Assembly: GCA_002633005.1 (NCBI GenBank)
Contig: NMRA01000081.1
Coordinates: 375,625-439,624, forward strand
Reading direction: 5' to 3'
Length of the DNA stretch: 64,000 nt
Origin: Phoronis australis
Lineage: Eukaryota > Animalia > Phoronida
In this document: piece by piece, positions 38,701 through 50,800 of the stretch
Position numbering within the stretch: the first letter of the stretch is position 1
How the letters are laid out: the number at the start of each line of letters is the position of its first letter
Translations under genes and position numbers: made by a program
Notes under the pieces: generated by a model
What the model saw: the letters and a program-made list of their open reading frames with translations, nothing else
Database searches by the model: none
Told to the model about the DNA's origin: nothing

Positions 38701-41700
38701 TTATTCAAAACATTAATAACCATAAACATATGTAAAATTACATTACATATGATTCTAGGTGGCACTTGATGGAATGCCATGTAAAATGTCATTTTATTTC
38801 TTACAAACATATACACTAAAATTTCTTAATGTGGGATAAAATAATAACTGTAAAACAAATTTTTTATTTTCAGGCTTACTGCATCGGTATAAATGCTCAA
38901 AATTGTTGCATGTGATCGTTACAACTTACTACACGAACCATGCCTAAAAAAATTGAAATTTCCTGAAAGCTTCATTTTGTCGAGAAGTTTAATAAAATAG
39001 TTTTGAATGTCTACCATATTGCGTCCCAGACTGGGGATATTTCATTGAAGTTTCATGTAACCACATCAGTTGAAATTTTCCACTTATAGGCGCTTTTTCT
39101 TGTAATTATGTTTGTTAGGTAATTTATAGCAATTCACAAGTCATTTCTTCCTCTATGTTTCTAAATTGTAGTTGTATCCAAAAGAACAACTTACAGACCC
39201 CTCTTATATCTTCATTTCCTTATTTAGTTTTAGTTTTATCGGCATGTCACTACATCCTGACTTTCCTTGAACTGTTTCAGTTTGAATACCAGTCAGTGCT
39301 TTACAAGGGCAACCTATGTTTGCATTTCACCAACAAGAAGAGGTAAATTAAACAGAATTGTTTACCAAGCCTGACTTACAGAGATAACAAACACATGGAA
39401 ACACCAGCAAGGATGAACACTGATTCGCACATTACAGCTTTTGCAGATATGGAGCAAATTATCACAACACATATTGAGCATATTGTGTTACTAGTAGGTA
39501 CCAGTATCTGAAAATCTGCATAACATACCAGCTATTGATACTGCCAATTGATCTCTTGGAAATTAGGACACCCATTCAGAGAGTCAGCAAGAGATTCATG
39601 ATTTGTTTATGGTCTATTTGGGAACTTGAGCCTGACTGGGTTTATTGTTTCACATTGTAGTTGACTGAATTGGAAAATAAAATTAAAAAATAATCGGCCA
39701 TACTTTCAATTTTCAAAGTATCAACATTGGCACAGAATGCTTTTTATTTCAATACTATAATGGTATTTATCGTTTTGGTATACAGTACTAGCACTAGACC
39801 TGGTATTAAACCCTAATATTGTGCAGCATAAACCAAAGAGTACAGACTATAATCAAAACAACAATGTCCATCACAATTAGCATGATTCTAACTACAGTGG
39901 ACACTGTCCACTGTAGTAAAGAAGATGGCAAATTTGCTCAACAGAAAGGCAAAGTGATCAAAATTTTAACAAGATGGGCCACTGTTTGAATGCCAAAAAC
40001 TCCAGCTGTTAAATACAGCGCTGTAGCTAGGGGTGGAGGGACAACCTTATATTTCACACCAAATAGTGATAATGCTAGTTACGCCATTGCACAACACGGG
40101 AGACAGTGGCCAACAACTTCAAAAACAGACTAAAATGCAATTCCACAGTATTTGTTTCCTGCGTTATGCACAAGGTCTAGTCGACTCAAAATTTTTTGTC
40201 ACCCTACCATGAAGATATGATAGAAACTCCCTCTCGGTTGAGTTTAGTGGAAATGTAGTATTTTTGTGCGTAACGGAGAGTACAAATACCATGTAATCGC
40301 CCAAAAACAGATGGTATATGCAGCACTATTCACCAATGCCAATCAATTGCTCTTTTGGCAACAAAACATTGATGTACATTAGAAAACAGAGCACATGATC
40401 TCACTATCATTCATTTGAACCATTACCACATGGTCATTTAAACCACCGCAAATCACACCTGGGACAATTTGTGCTAGGTTAACTGCTTTTCTGGACACAG
40501 CTCCTGGGACAATTTGTGCTAGGTTAACTGCTTTTCTGGACACAGCTCAAAGCACATTTGCCTTCAGTAATGTTACTTCTAAAACTGACAGACCAGAATT
40601 GTCAGACAGCAAGGAAATTTTACAACACACAACCATTGTTGAACAGTATTTACTCCTTTTCTCAGCACTAAGACTATTATTAAGTTTTGACATTTAAGTA
40701 AATTTTAATTTATCAAAGTTGAAAAACTCTTATGCACTGAAGACATTTGATGTTTAAGGTTATCACAAACTTTATTCAGTGGCTTCCTTTGTAACTCGTA
40801 TATCAAAAAAACTAGGCTTTGTCAATTAGTAAAAGTATATATTTTCTGAAAGAAAAAAGATCAGGGATTATAAAAATATGTTATATATTTAAGTGCAATT
40901 ATTATTATTACGTTAACACCTTTTTAGATCAAAACTTCATTTTTAAGAAAGGTACATTCAAAGCAAAACAACCCCTCAGTCGATTTTCATGAACCTTTTT
41001 AAGTGAAAACTTCACCAGTTATCTCAAAAATGCTATTAGAAATTTTGAATTAGTCTTTTAGTTCGGTTTTTATGACAAATCAACTTGCAAAACGTAAGGC
41101 ATTTGGTAAAAAATAGCAGTCGTATTTGTCTTTGTTACATTACACAAAAACTAGGGTCCTTATATCAAAAATCCTAACAGTTTTTGAGAATGATGAATAA
41201 CTATAAGTTATGAAAGTTTCAGCAAAATCAACAGTCAGTAATTTTTGAAAACGTGTTCCTAAGGTCAAAATAAGCCAATATGCCGAAGCCGAGATAAAGC
41301 TGAATAGGTTGTGAGACGTGAAAATCTCAAGGTCTTCAATAAATTAATCGGTGAAAACTTGTTTTCGGTCAATATAACCTATACATGCCTTAACCATGTT
41401 CACTATTTCAAAATTCTCTCACAATTTGCAGTTAACTTATCACTAAAACGTTTTAACTTTGTGACTGTCTCCAACCTAGACGGAGTCAACTGTTGACCTA
41501 CTTTAAAGTAGGCCAACAGTTCATTGTTATACATACCACATGCCAGGAGACTGATATGAAACCAAGTACAAAATGGACAACAGAAATTGAGTCGATGGTT
41601 AAAGCACGTCGTGAGCATGAGATCAAAACAGCGAAATGTCAAATTACCTATCAAATAAATGAATTTGGGTGAGGATTTATCTCTTTTCGTAACAGAGACG

Positions 41701-44700
41701 TGACTCGGAGCATCACAGTTCTCAACGGTCGTATGCATGCAGACATACAACTCCTTCAGGATCAAAACTATGTTTGTCTTCGTTTTCCCTGCCATCTTTC
41801 TATCAAATGTACATCTCTGTGACTAAATATTATGGCGACTCGGTGAATGAAAGGACTGAGGGTATATACGGAGCTGCTCTATGCCTGGAGGCAGATTCGA
41901 TTTGAGTGACAGCCCTGTAACTTTTTACCTCAGATAAGTAGTAAACAAATTTCCACATGGTTATGCAGTTCCAAGGTGGTTCTGCTAAATCTTTTTTATC
42001 ACTACACGGAATACAATTCATATTAGAAGGTCCAAGAGATGGGTATTGTGCTACACATATTTGAAATATTGTAAAAAAGGCCAATTTTTGCGAATAAGGA
42101 TTGAAATATCCTTAACGCTCCTTTAAAATCTCACAAGGACATTTGTGTTTCCTTCATTTCCAGCTACCAAGAACTTGTAGCTCATTATTAAATTATGTAA
42201 AAAAAGTCTTACCTGTAACTCATAGAAAGCACTGTAAGAACGATAAATGATGACTTCACTGGTGTCTGACCACTTGACTTGAAGTATGAACATCTGAAAT
42301 TCAAAATGGCATAGCATTTGGGAATATTCTTTACACTTGTCAAAAATCATAAAATATTTCCAAGAGGTATATTTCTTTGGCAGGTTGGGACATCCGGGAA
42401 ATTCTATAATTGTCGACATAGCCAAACTAAGCTCGTATCATACATGCAAACACGACACATATTGACCATTACCTCCATTTGATACGCCTCAAAAATATCA
42501 CTTTAGGAAAGAGAGGGTTGGGAGAAGTTTAAGTTTTGTACACACATGGCATTTTTGGCCAATCAAATGTGTTCACCTGTCCGCAGCGGCGCAGCCCATT
42601 ACACCAAGACATGGATGTTCTGAGCATGAGTTTGGAGTGCCAAGGCATTGTTCTACATTTATAGTTATACGAAACCAGACAATGGCTGCATTAAGAGTTT
42701 TAGTCAACTGAGACTGTCATTTATCTAGAAAACAACATATGATGAACATTGAAACCCTATTTCTTGTTTCATAAACAACCCTTTTGATCCTTTAGAAGTT
42801 GCAACCCTCCTTTGATGGGAAATGTAAGTTAACGTAAGTACCAGGCTGATTGCGCTAGACAACCGAGTCTGTTCATATCATTACACTGGTATCTCACAAT
42901 ATGGTGGAAAACCACATTGTGGAACATTGTGGTTTGTTGATCATAGACTTGATGTTTTTGTGTGAGGTAACTACAGTAGTTACTCTGGTAGTGTGCTTCT
43001 GTGTATGCCTTGTGTTATGATTTATGGTGATCTGTGAAATAAGTAAAGAATCGCCACACCAATGATAGATTTTACTAGCATGAAAAACAATTAGCTGTGG
43101 TTCGCAGTTATAAGGCCCTTTCATACTGACTTAACTCCAGTCTGAGCGGACCATCATCTTAAACTGTGAAATTAACTGAGCTGTTCATAACGGCTTCAGC
43201 AGCTAACGAACATCGAAGTAAACGGTACGTGACGCTGTCATCATCGAAGTGATCGCAAGAAAGCGCTGATGCATTGCGTACACGCTAAATTTTTTAATGC
43301 GACAATTTGAGAACATTTACATGTGCTAATTGACATAAAACTTATTTCTAATTCAATTAGTGATTATTCAAGCAAAATATAAGCAACTATTAGCGATGAC
43401 ACTGCCCTTTAGTTGTTGACGATAACAGTGGTCCTTGGCGATAACTTCAATTGGACCGAGGTTGACCGTTCATAACGCATCGCAGCGTCAATGCTCCGCT
43501 GTTAAAACCACTTATTATTTACTGCGAAGTTAACTGGCGCTGTTAACTTCAATCCAGGACTGAAGTTAACCATTCATACTGACCGCAACTCCCCAAAATA
43601 TCCATGCGTCAATGCTAGTATGAAAGAGCCTATAGACACAATTGGGATCCCTTTGAAGAATTCTTGTTAGAAAGCAACAGACTTGTATCATCAGTGGCCA
43701 CTGTTGTATACGCGTACCTAAGTCCAGTATTGCGGAACCACATAGAATGTAAGCATTATCGTTGCACACCAATAGAGAGTTAACCATGACGCTCTTTGTC
43801 TTATATCCAATAACTTAAAAACCCACGTTGCTTCAGCCACCAAGATGATACAATAATAGTAGATATCACTATCTAAAATGAATTAGTGCTCACACATCTG
43901 TGCCATGCATTTTTCTCATTCATACCGAAATACACAGGTGCATGAATAATGCAATATTGTCGCTTAAACAATGAATGGGTGAATCCAGAAGTCATTGATA
44001 GAACTCAGATTCCCCTCACATTAAGTACAACATAAGCTTGTCTTTAGGTTATAAACATGCACGTGTGGTTCATGGATATTGCAGCTATGATCTGCAATTT
44101 TGACTTAACATTTGTTTTAGTCCTAAAATTAAAGATTGCTTGCTAAGTTGCTAACATCAAACTATAACTTTTTCCTGATCTCAGAAGAAATTTCTCCTTG
44201 GTGTGCATAAGAATGGACCATCACAAAGAAGTTATGATTGAATAAACTGAGGCTTAGGGTTAAAATGATCATTAGGTGTTTTGACAATGAAAACTTCAAC
44301 AAATATCTTGTGAAACACTCAAATGACCCGCAGGGAGAGCCATAGAACTGAAACTCAACTGGTTTCAGCTCTTCTTCTTCACAGCTCCATGCCAACTTCC
44401 ATTAAGATCTGTCCAGTGGCAAGTCTGAGAAATTTCTCAGGATGCAAGCTAAACACTAGACTGAATTGAAAGTGGTGTGCGCAGTTCTACGGGAATACAC
44501 CAGCTTTGAAGTAAAAATGGCAAAATCTCCTTTCCTCTCAAGGAAATACAACTGGTCACTATTAATTACTAAATTCAATTAAAACTACAAAGTGGTAATT
44601 TTCTTGTTCACCTGGTATAGTCCAAACAAAGAAAAGTCATGCTTGCATGAAAAACTGCATCAAGCACTGATCCGCACTATGTTGAAAACAAATCATTGTC

Positions 44701-45775
44701 TATTTCACTGACATATCAACTTAGTCTAAACAAAGGTTCTCTTGCTTACATAAAAAATGTGGCTTCACAAGCACTGATCATCACAGTATTGAAAATTAAT
44801 AGTCGTTTTTTCATTCACCCAGTGAAGTTTAAACAAAGGACTTGGTGATTGCATATGCATAAATCTTCCATTGTTTGTATTGCCTACAAGACCACTAAAT
44901 GAATATAGGAAACTCTGTCTAGTTGATTGCATTACCAGTGAATCAGGCAATCAATACACAGCATTCAGTTATCAGCTACTGACAGTAGACAACACTTGAC
45001 ACTGATTATATAATATCTGCTAGCTACAATATCACAAATATAAATTGTGCTCCTAATGACAAACTGCATTACAAATGTCATTTAACTAATTTATATTGGT
45101 AGTGGCTTTTCCGCAAATCACCTGTGTCAATTCGAAAGATACTTCTGTCTGTAATTTAACAAGAAAGAATTGAAAACAACGGAGAGGGCATGATACACCT
45201 CCCAGTCATTAACAGCAAATTACAGACTACATACAAACATAAGGCTAAGATCATGTTTTAAAATCTTATTGCTTACAATGCTGCTTATGGAACATGATTA
45301 ATAGCTCAGATGCAGGCCAAATTTTGATCAGGAATAAGACAAAGAAGAAGCATAGCAGAATTGGTTTCCATGTACACTGCAGCAGACAGTGAGAGGTGGG
45401 TGGTTTCAGAACAGAGCCCAGAATACTCCCTGCTTGTGTCCATAAGGTTGACCTTCGTGTAATGAGATGAGGAATTAGTGACACCATGACATCACGCACT
45501 TCAACCACTTAGGGCGATGCGAAACAATACGAGGAAGCAGAAATACACCTCCCACTCTCCCAAGTTGGTAGCACATCCTTTACTAATCAGTCATTTTTGT
45601 TATCACTCTCATCAGTCTCATGTATGAGAGCACTGTTGGATCCTGCGGAGCCTTGCATGAAAACCCAAACCTCATTTGCATGATGGGGTAAGATACTCAC
45701 ATAACATCTGCTGGGTTGGTACCTCTTTTCAATGCCTTTCAAGGACACCTCACAAACAACTGGCTGGCCAGACAT
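19534..45775 (-). CDS. NCF1: p47phox/NCF1-like NADPH oxidase organiser subunit (PX-SH3-SH3-AIR plus long acidic, Tyr-motif, low-complexity tail); 11 coding exons: 45775-45701, 42293-42213, 34874-34799, 29081-28907, 28446-28421, 26329-26195, 24318-24214, 23380-23263, 22833-22696, 21775-21667, 20742-19534
   Basis: All introns are GT-AG with compatible phases; the joined CDS is 2247 nt (748 aa + stop). PX motifs [39 protein letters not shown]. Two SH3 domains with GWW motifs, then PPPRRCTIKN...SYRKMSTRR, resembling the p47phox autoinhibitory region. Only two SH3 domains, arguing for p47phox/NOXO1 over Tks4/5 (SH3PXD2). Confidence 0.85.
21667..21775 (-). CDS. NCF1: NCF1-like exon 10 (polybasic autoinhibitory region, [36 protein letters not shown])
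   Basis: tttcag and gtaagt sites; phase 2/0; polybasic like the p47phox AIR. Confidence 0.82.
22696..22833 (-). CDS. NCF1: NCF1-like exon 9 (SH3B end GHAPSTYL, start of AIR KTPPPRR)
   Basis: ccatag and gtgagt sites; phase 2/2. Confidence 0.88.
23263..23380 (-). CDS. NCF1: NCF1-like exon 8 (SH3[11 protein letters not shown]...KSLDGWWVI)
   Basis: tttcag and gtgagt sites; 118 nt; phase 1/2. Confidence 0.9.
23580..24195. repeat. 27-bp minisatellite (gtcagtatcctggtgtcctattggtcc), about 22 degenerate copies, intronic
   Basis: Direct inspection; 9-aa periodic ORFs (VLLVRQYPG). Confidence 0.95.
24214..24318 (-). CDS. NCF1: NCF1-like exon 7 (SH3A C-half, [21 protein letters not shown], plus linker)
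   Basis: tcacag and gtgagt sites; phase 1/1. Confidence 0.9.
25728..26106. mobile_element. PIF/Harbinger-like MITE with CAG target duplication
   Basis: CAG|GGCCCGGTCTCTAATCTTGTACTCGA ... TCGAGTAAAAGATTGGAGACCGGGCC|CAG. Confidence 0.85.
26195..26329 (-). CDS. NCF1: NCF1-like exon 6 (SH3A N-half, [16 protein letters not shown]...EVVDKNANG)
   Basis: tttcag and gtgagt sites; resembles p47phox ITGPIILQTYRAIANY. Confidence 0.9.
26815..28232. mobile_element. Non-autonomous Tc1/mariner-pogo-like DNA transposon (~1.4 kb)
   Basis: TIRs CCGTATTCGCCGTAATAA(C/G)CGCCC and GGGCGCTTATTACGGCGAATACGG, flanked by TA on both sides; subterminal GCGCTTA repeats; no transposase ORF. Confidence 0.88.
28421..28446 (-). 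CDS. NCF1: NCF1-like exon 5, 26-nt micro-exon in the PX-SH3 linker ([10 protein letters not shown])
   Basis: ctacag acceptor and gtaagc donor; provides the phase 2 to phase 1 change needed between exons 4 and 6. Confidence 0.6.
28907..29081 (-). CDS. NCF1: NCF1-like exon 4 (PX C-terminal helices)
   Basis: [45 protein letters not shown]; ttttag and gtaagt sites; phase 1/2. Confidence 0.9.
33238..33430 (+). mobile_element. tRNA-derived SINE-like fragment
   Basis: A-box-like GTGGCCTTGTG, B-box-like GGTTTGAATCCC, then cccttgagtcagg...ctcag. Confidence 0.35.
34799..34874 (-). CDS. NCF1: NCF1-like exon 3 ([27 protein letters not shown])
   Basis: tatcag acceptor, gtaagt donor, 76 nt; FPxEAG..R.IP.LP motif. 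Confidence 0.9.
38218..38502. other. Assembly gap (N run), followed by a GA-rich tract
   Basis: Run of n characters. Confidence 0.99.
40458..40547. repeat. Perfect 45-bp tandem duplication
   Basis: cctgggacaatttgtgctaggttaactgcttttctggacacagct twice. Confidence 0.9.
40758..42111. mobile_element. Non-autonomous TTAA-target (Kolobok-like) element, copy 2, inverted relative to copy 1
   Basis: TTAA|GGTTATCACAAAC ... GGATTGAAATATCC|TTAA; shares blocks such as cggtgaaaacttgttttcggt with copy 1. Confidence 0.78.
42213..42293 (-). CDS. NCF1: NCF1-like exon 2 ([29 protein letters not shown])
   Basis: tttcag acceptor, gtaaga donor, 81 nt, phase 0/0. Confidence 0.9.
43113..43631. mobile_element. MITE with TIR AGGCCCTTTCATACT; second partial copy at ~55310-55715
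   Basis: AGGCCCTTTCATACT ... AGTATGAAAGAGCCT; near-identical internal blocks (aacttatttctaattcaatt, gcaaaatataagcaactatta) at 55440-55500. Confidence 0.8.
45701..45775 (-). CDS. NCF1: NCF1-like coding exon 1 (PX start, [25 protein letters not shown])
   Basis: ATG in accATG context, donor gtgagt, phase 0; aligns to p47phox LLGFEKRFVPSQHY. Confidence 0.85.
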
Positions 45776-46072
45776 GGTGATCACTCCAACATCAGCATCT
45801 GAAACAGTTGAACACTTTATATTGGTTACCACAGTGCCACAGAAGAGAAAATGCCACCCGGCACCATCTGTGACAGTTGAATGAAATGTTTAACATAGAG
45901 ACATGGAAGTGAGTTTCTATCATTGGCAGTTACATTAGGAATGCTTAAGGTCATGTAGGACCTTATCAGCTTGTCTATGTCTTTAGCCAATTATCTACAA
46001 AACTACAGATATTCAACACAGTATTTTGTTAAAGTAAAAAGTCTGTCGAATTTAATATTTGACTTACTACTG

Positions 46073-46219
46073 GGCCCAGTTGCATAAAAGTTATACGCTG
46101 AAAAGCAACAATGACATTGCATTATCACGCGCCACGTTGTTATTGTTAAACAATGCACCTGACGTCACGCAACAATCACTTATCCAGCGGATAATTTTGA
46201 AGTTTTATGCAACCGGGCC
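46073..46219. mobile_element. Short Harbinger-like MITE with CWG flanks
   Basis: CTG|GGCCCAGTTGCATAAAA ... TTTTATGCAACCGGGCC|CAG. Confidence 0.8.
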
Positions 46220-47229
46220 CAGATCTGCTTTTAACTGAGTTACGTAATCATGTCTTAATAGTGAAATTTACTAAACAGGAAAGGTACATGCAAATCAAAA
46301 TAACATCGGTAAAATGAAAAATTATGCTGTAACAATTTTCTAAAGTATCATTTTGAGTTCGTTTTAAGCAACTTTCGAGATTATTTATAGAAATAATAAA
46401 ACGCCTATATTTTGATAGCCTCTAATTCAAAAGTGGACTTTCAAAAACAATTCCTGACACCACTTAAAGGAACAGCGCAGAAAGCATGCTATCTGAAAGT
46501 TTCATATGAACCCCATCAGCCCTTTTCTGAGATACAATGTTCCAAAGTTTGCCAAACATTTTTCTAGTATCCACCATAACCTATCACAGTAGGGAAGGTG
46601 AACTGCCTGGTTGGTGCATCAACATCTGTAACAGTTGCAATTACCGGTTAACAAAGTGGCAGACAAAATAAACCATCAGCGGTTGGTCTGTATAAACACT
46701 GGAGTTCTTGCTTTCCCCTTCCACAGGAAAGATTGTGGGTTAAAATGTTTACATAAAATGTTTCTGGCTGTCTTCTGTGAACATATGTTGGTCAGACTAG
46801 TGGGTGGTGCCAGCGTGGAAAATAATGTGGCAATAAGTGTTATTTTACCAATCTTATTAAAATGTTGAATTATAGAACTGTTGTAATATTATCTCTTAAT
46901 CATGCCACTTAATTAATGCACCAATTAAGCTTCAAATCTGCATGATCAACTTCTGGTCACAAATGAAACACACATGTAACAACAATTGTAACTACATGTG
47001 ACAGGGCTTCAAGACCTGTTTGAAACACTGGAAAAACCAATACCACACAACTGGGTAAGTCACACAGTTACATTGAGAACTTGAAAGGAGACAAGACGCT
47101 GCTTACATAGCCCCTGGCAGGGACCAATGCCCCCAAAATATTCCACACGTCTGTAATACTGTATCATTCTTTACTCGCAGATTTTATATTTTCTATCATA
47201 TCTTTATTATGAGGTCCTCCTTGACTTAA

Positions 47230-47810
47230 GATATTTTCTAATAATCATCCTGTTTGGTTGATAGAGAAGCGGACGCCAAAAACAGTCTTGAAAACAGTAA
47301 AAATGGCCACTAGACGGCACAAAATGTCTCAAATCCATCCAAAAATGGAAACATGTCATCGTCAGATCCGTCTGAAAGTCGTAGTTGTCTGTTGTCAACC
47401 TCCTATAAATACACTTGCTAAATTTAACAAATATCCTGCAATGGGATTAGCACATACAGCTATGGGCACAAAAAAACAACACTGCTACTAGGAGACTCAA
47501 AAACAGTAAAAATGGCCACTAAGTGGTGCAAAATATCTCAAATCCATCCAAAAAAGAATGATAGCATCATCTCACGAATTGATGTCTATGTGCCAATTTT
47601 CACGAAAATTCGTTAAGGACCTTTGATGATAGAGTTAAACATAAAAACTAAAATTGTCACTAGGGGGCACAAAGGTAGTCGGATCTCTCTGAAAGTCATG
47701 GTCATCCATTGCCACCATTATAGGAAGACATCTGCCAAATCTCATCAAGATCCTGTGAGGGGTTTAGGAGATACAGCAGCGAATGCCGGATGAACAGACA
47801 GAGACGACAG
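47230..47810. repeat. Copy of the CCACTAG-motif repeat family
   Basis: aaaacagtaaaaatggccacta..caaaat.tctcaaatccatccaaaaa occurs twice; reverse-complement similar to 59950-60300. Confidence 0.7.
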
Positions 47811-50800
47811 CAATATACATGCACATATAAATGTATGGGCCCATAGTAAAATGGTTGCTTCAAGAAATATCCCTGTCTCTTGTCATGAACACTAATATTC
47901 ACTTGAAGGCGTAGCTATTTCCCCTCAGCATTTCCCATACGTGAGCTGTATAACTATAAACTGAGACCTGATTTCAATGAAAATAAATAGGGATTTAGTT
48001 CTTAAATTATGGCAATGTTCATCCGAGGCTGCGTCTTGGCGTCATTTGACGCAACCAAACTGTAAAAGACACAAATTGACTTGATGAGTGCATCACCTTG
48101 GACGCAACTTTTTGTTCAAATGTTGTGATAAATAAATATACAACTAAAGCAAAAGAAAATCATTTGGTTCTTTTCTTTGATTACCATACCGTACCTTTCG
48201 TTCATTAACATCTCCACCACATTGTTTTACTTCTGAAGCCAATGCTTCGTTAGTAGGTCATCACAGTGTAGGTCAGAATATGCTGTTACAATTGGTCCGA
48301 AAGGGGGTAGACTGAATAACAGTTACAAAAATGGTGTTGAACGTGACAGACGAATATCATGAAAAATAGAAGCTTGTCTCATACTTTATGAGTGTTTTCA
48401 AAGATTTTGGGACTAATTTTCATGGACCCCAAAAAATTAAAATGCACCCAAAAATATTGGAAGGTGGGTAAACTAGACCCCAGTTTTTGGAAGAGTAGGG
48501 TGAACACTGTATGGGGGTTACATGAAAAAATCCTAACTTACTTTCAATTTTATAAAGAATTCAATGCGGTGTTCACTAGATCTATTTGCATTGAAGTCAA
48601 AAACCGATTTACTATAACAACTACAACAGCACATTTCAAGTGTTTTAACAAGTCCACCAATACACAGATTTAGGGAACTTAGTCGAGAGCTTATTTGGAC
48701 CTGTTTCATGCAACTGGGCACTGTTGCCTCGAGCACAACACTAATAAGAAATTACTGCATTCTGTACTAAAAGGATTTTAAAGGTTTGCAGTCTCCCTGA
48801 GAGGAGACTTGGGACCTATGAAAAATAGGGATTTTGTCAAACACAAGACTGCAGCAAATTATTTTTGCTTTAAATTGAATGTTCCACTAAATGCAAGGAA
48901 TCTAAACAAGACATTCCTAAAGACCATGATTTATTTTCAATCAATGCAGAAGGCTGAACAACCAATGCCTTTTTATCCTCTGGTAAATTCTGCCCAATAA
49001 TAAGACATCTGTCTGTGTGCATTATATGAATCACACTGTCAATATCCATACTATGGAACAGTCAACACTAGTACTCTCTTAGAATATATTCAATTATAGT
49101 CAGAAATTCAATGGTGGTAGTGATGTCATTCAGCTTACAGGCCTCTGTGGTTTGACTTCATTAAAACATGTGTTTTTCACCCCAGAATTGTTTTCATTCA
49201 ATTTCGCTAGGTACCTTAGTTGGAGCGACATCATTTGTGTCAGGGTTTAACACATAAATACGACCAAGGAATCTTGGATAGTCTGTTTTCCTTAATACAA
49301 TAGAATGTCAACCGTTGAAGCAAATTTTATCATCAATCACTCAAATATTTCATCAAAAATATAACAAAGTCTTTAAAATCCCATTTTTTCAATTAAAAAA
49401 ATGACTAAGCGAATTTTAAGCGCGTGCAATGCCAGTTTTGCATAATTTATAACCAAACCAGGGTTACATCTGGCCCAGATAAGTAAGGTACCTGAATCTG
49501 TTCTAATCAGCTGATGCCAATGTATCTATAAAGATAAACTAATCTATCAAGCCAGATCGACATTAATTAAGAAATTAGTACCATCTTATGAAAAATGAGT
49601 AGCAATGAAACTGTAGTCCCTATTGCTCAAAACTAAGACAATTTGTTGAAATTCAACTGGTAGAAGGGCGACACCAATTTTTGCCTTTGGTTAAAAAATC
49701 CAACTTAAGTCTCAACAACTTCTGACAAAAATAATATTAATTAGCCAAAATTGTTATCTTTCTTTTTTCAACGGCTTTTAACATTCTACTCAAGACCTTG
49801 TCTTACGCCAAACCATGAAACTTAAAACTGGTGATGTGTTGAATTAGTGCTAATTAAAAATGAGAAAATAACTTTTCACCTATTCACCATATAGTATCTT
49901 AAATTGGCAAGTTTTTTACCGTACATAATGCAGGTATTATGCTTTCTCGGGTTTAAATTAATGACCTGGATTTTCAATATCTGGCACTACACAACAATAC
50001 TCATTAATATGCCGGAGAGTTCCCCTGATACCTGAATGTGAAAAAGTAATTCATATGCCCTACCGGCGACTTCACTTTACTTTGCAGGTCTAGACGTACT
50101 CCCATTAACTTGAGCGATGGCTTGGTACGCCACATTAGTATTAATTCATATCTTGCATAATGACAGATCTATGAGCTCACAAAAGATGAACTCTAGTACA
50201 GCCTGACACAGCCTGGACTTCAAACAAAGTTGCACAGATTGGAATCAAGCATTTGAACGCCCCATTTCAAATTGAAATAAACGAATACAGCAGCATAATG
50301 TCTATGGCAGTAGCACATCTTTCCGTTGTAGCAATCAATTCTTTTTTCATCATCTGCAAAAATTAGGAAGGCTAACCCACCAAAATGAATCACTAAAACA
50401 AATGATCACCTCAAAACGTGGACCACGACAATAGCACAGTATGGCTCTGTAACCAAGGCTATGCTAGTTAAATCTGTATGGGACTGGGGGAAGTCACTTT
50501 TTCTTCAGGTATGTGCATGTAGACTTTATGGCAAACCAAACAAAATCTGATATCTCCTTAGTAATGAGCAGTTGCCAAATCGACCCTTGTACTCTCTTCA
50601 CAAACATATTTCCCACTACCCTAATTCAGAGGTAGAGAAATCATTCAGAGATAAAACCTCTAGATGAGCCATTATGAGCCCAAGCCAACTAAGTCAAGGA
50701 ATAGGGCTCTACATTGTCCCACAGGTAAAAAGTGTGTCATTGACATAGCTTTGGAATGTCAGGCGCATTTTCACAGGTCATGTCAGTCAGTAAGCGTTGA

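Noticed and set aside
38112-38816. Long ORFs spanning X residues
   Set aside because: Artefact of the N gap.
19534-45775. Calling the gene SH3PXD2 (Tks4/5) or NOXO1
   Set aside because: No third to fifth SH3 domains were found and an AIR-like segment is present; a phylogeny is still needed to settle orthology.
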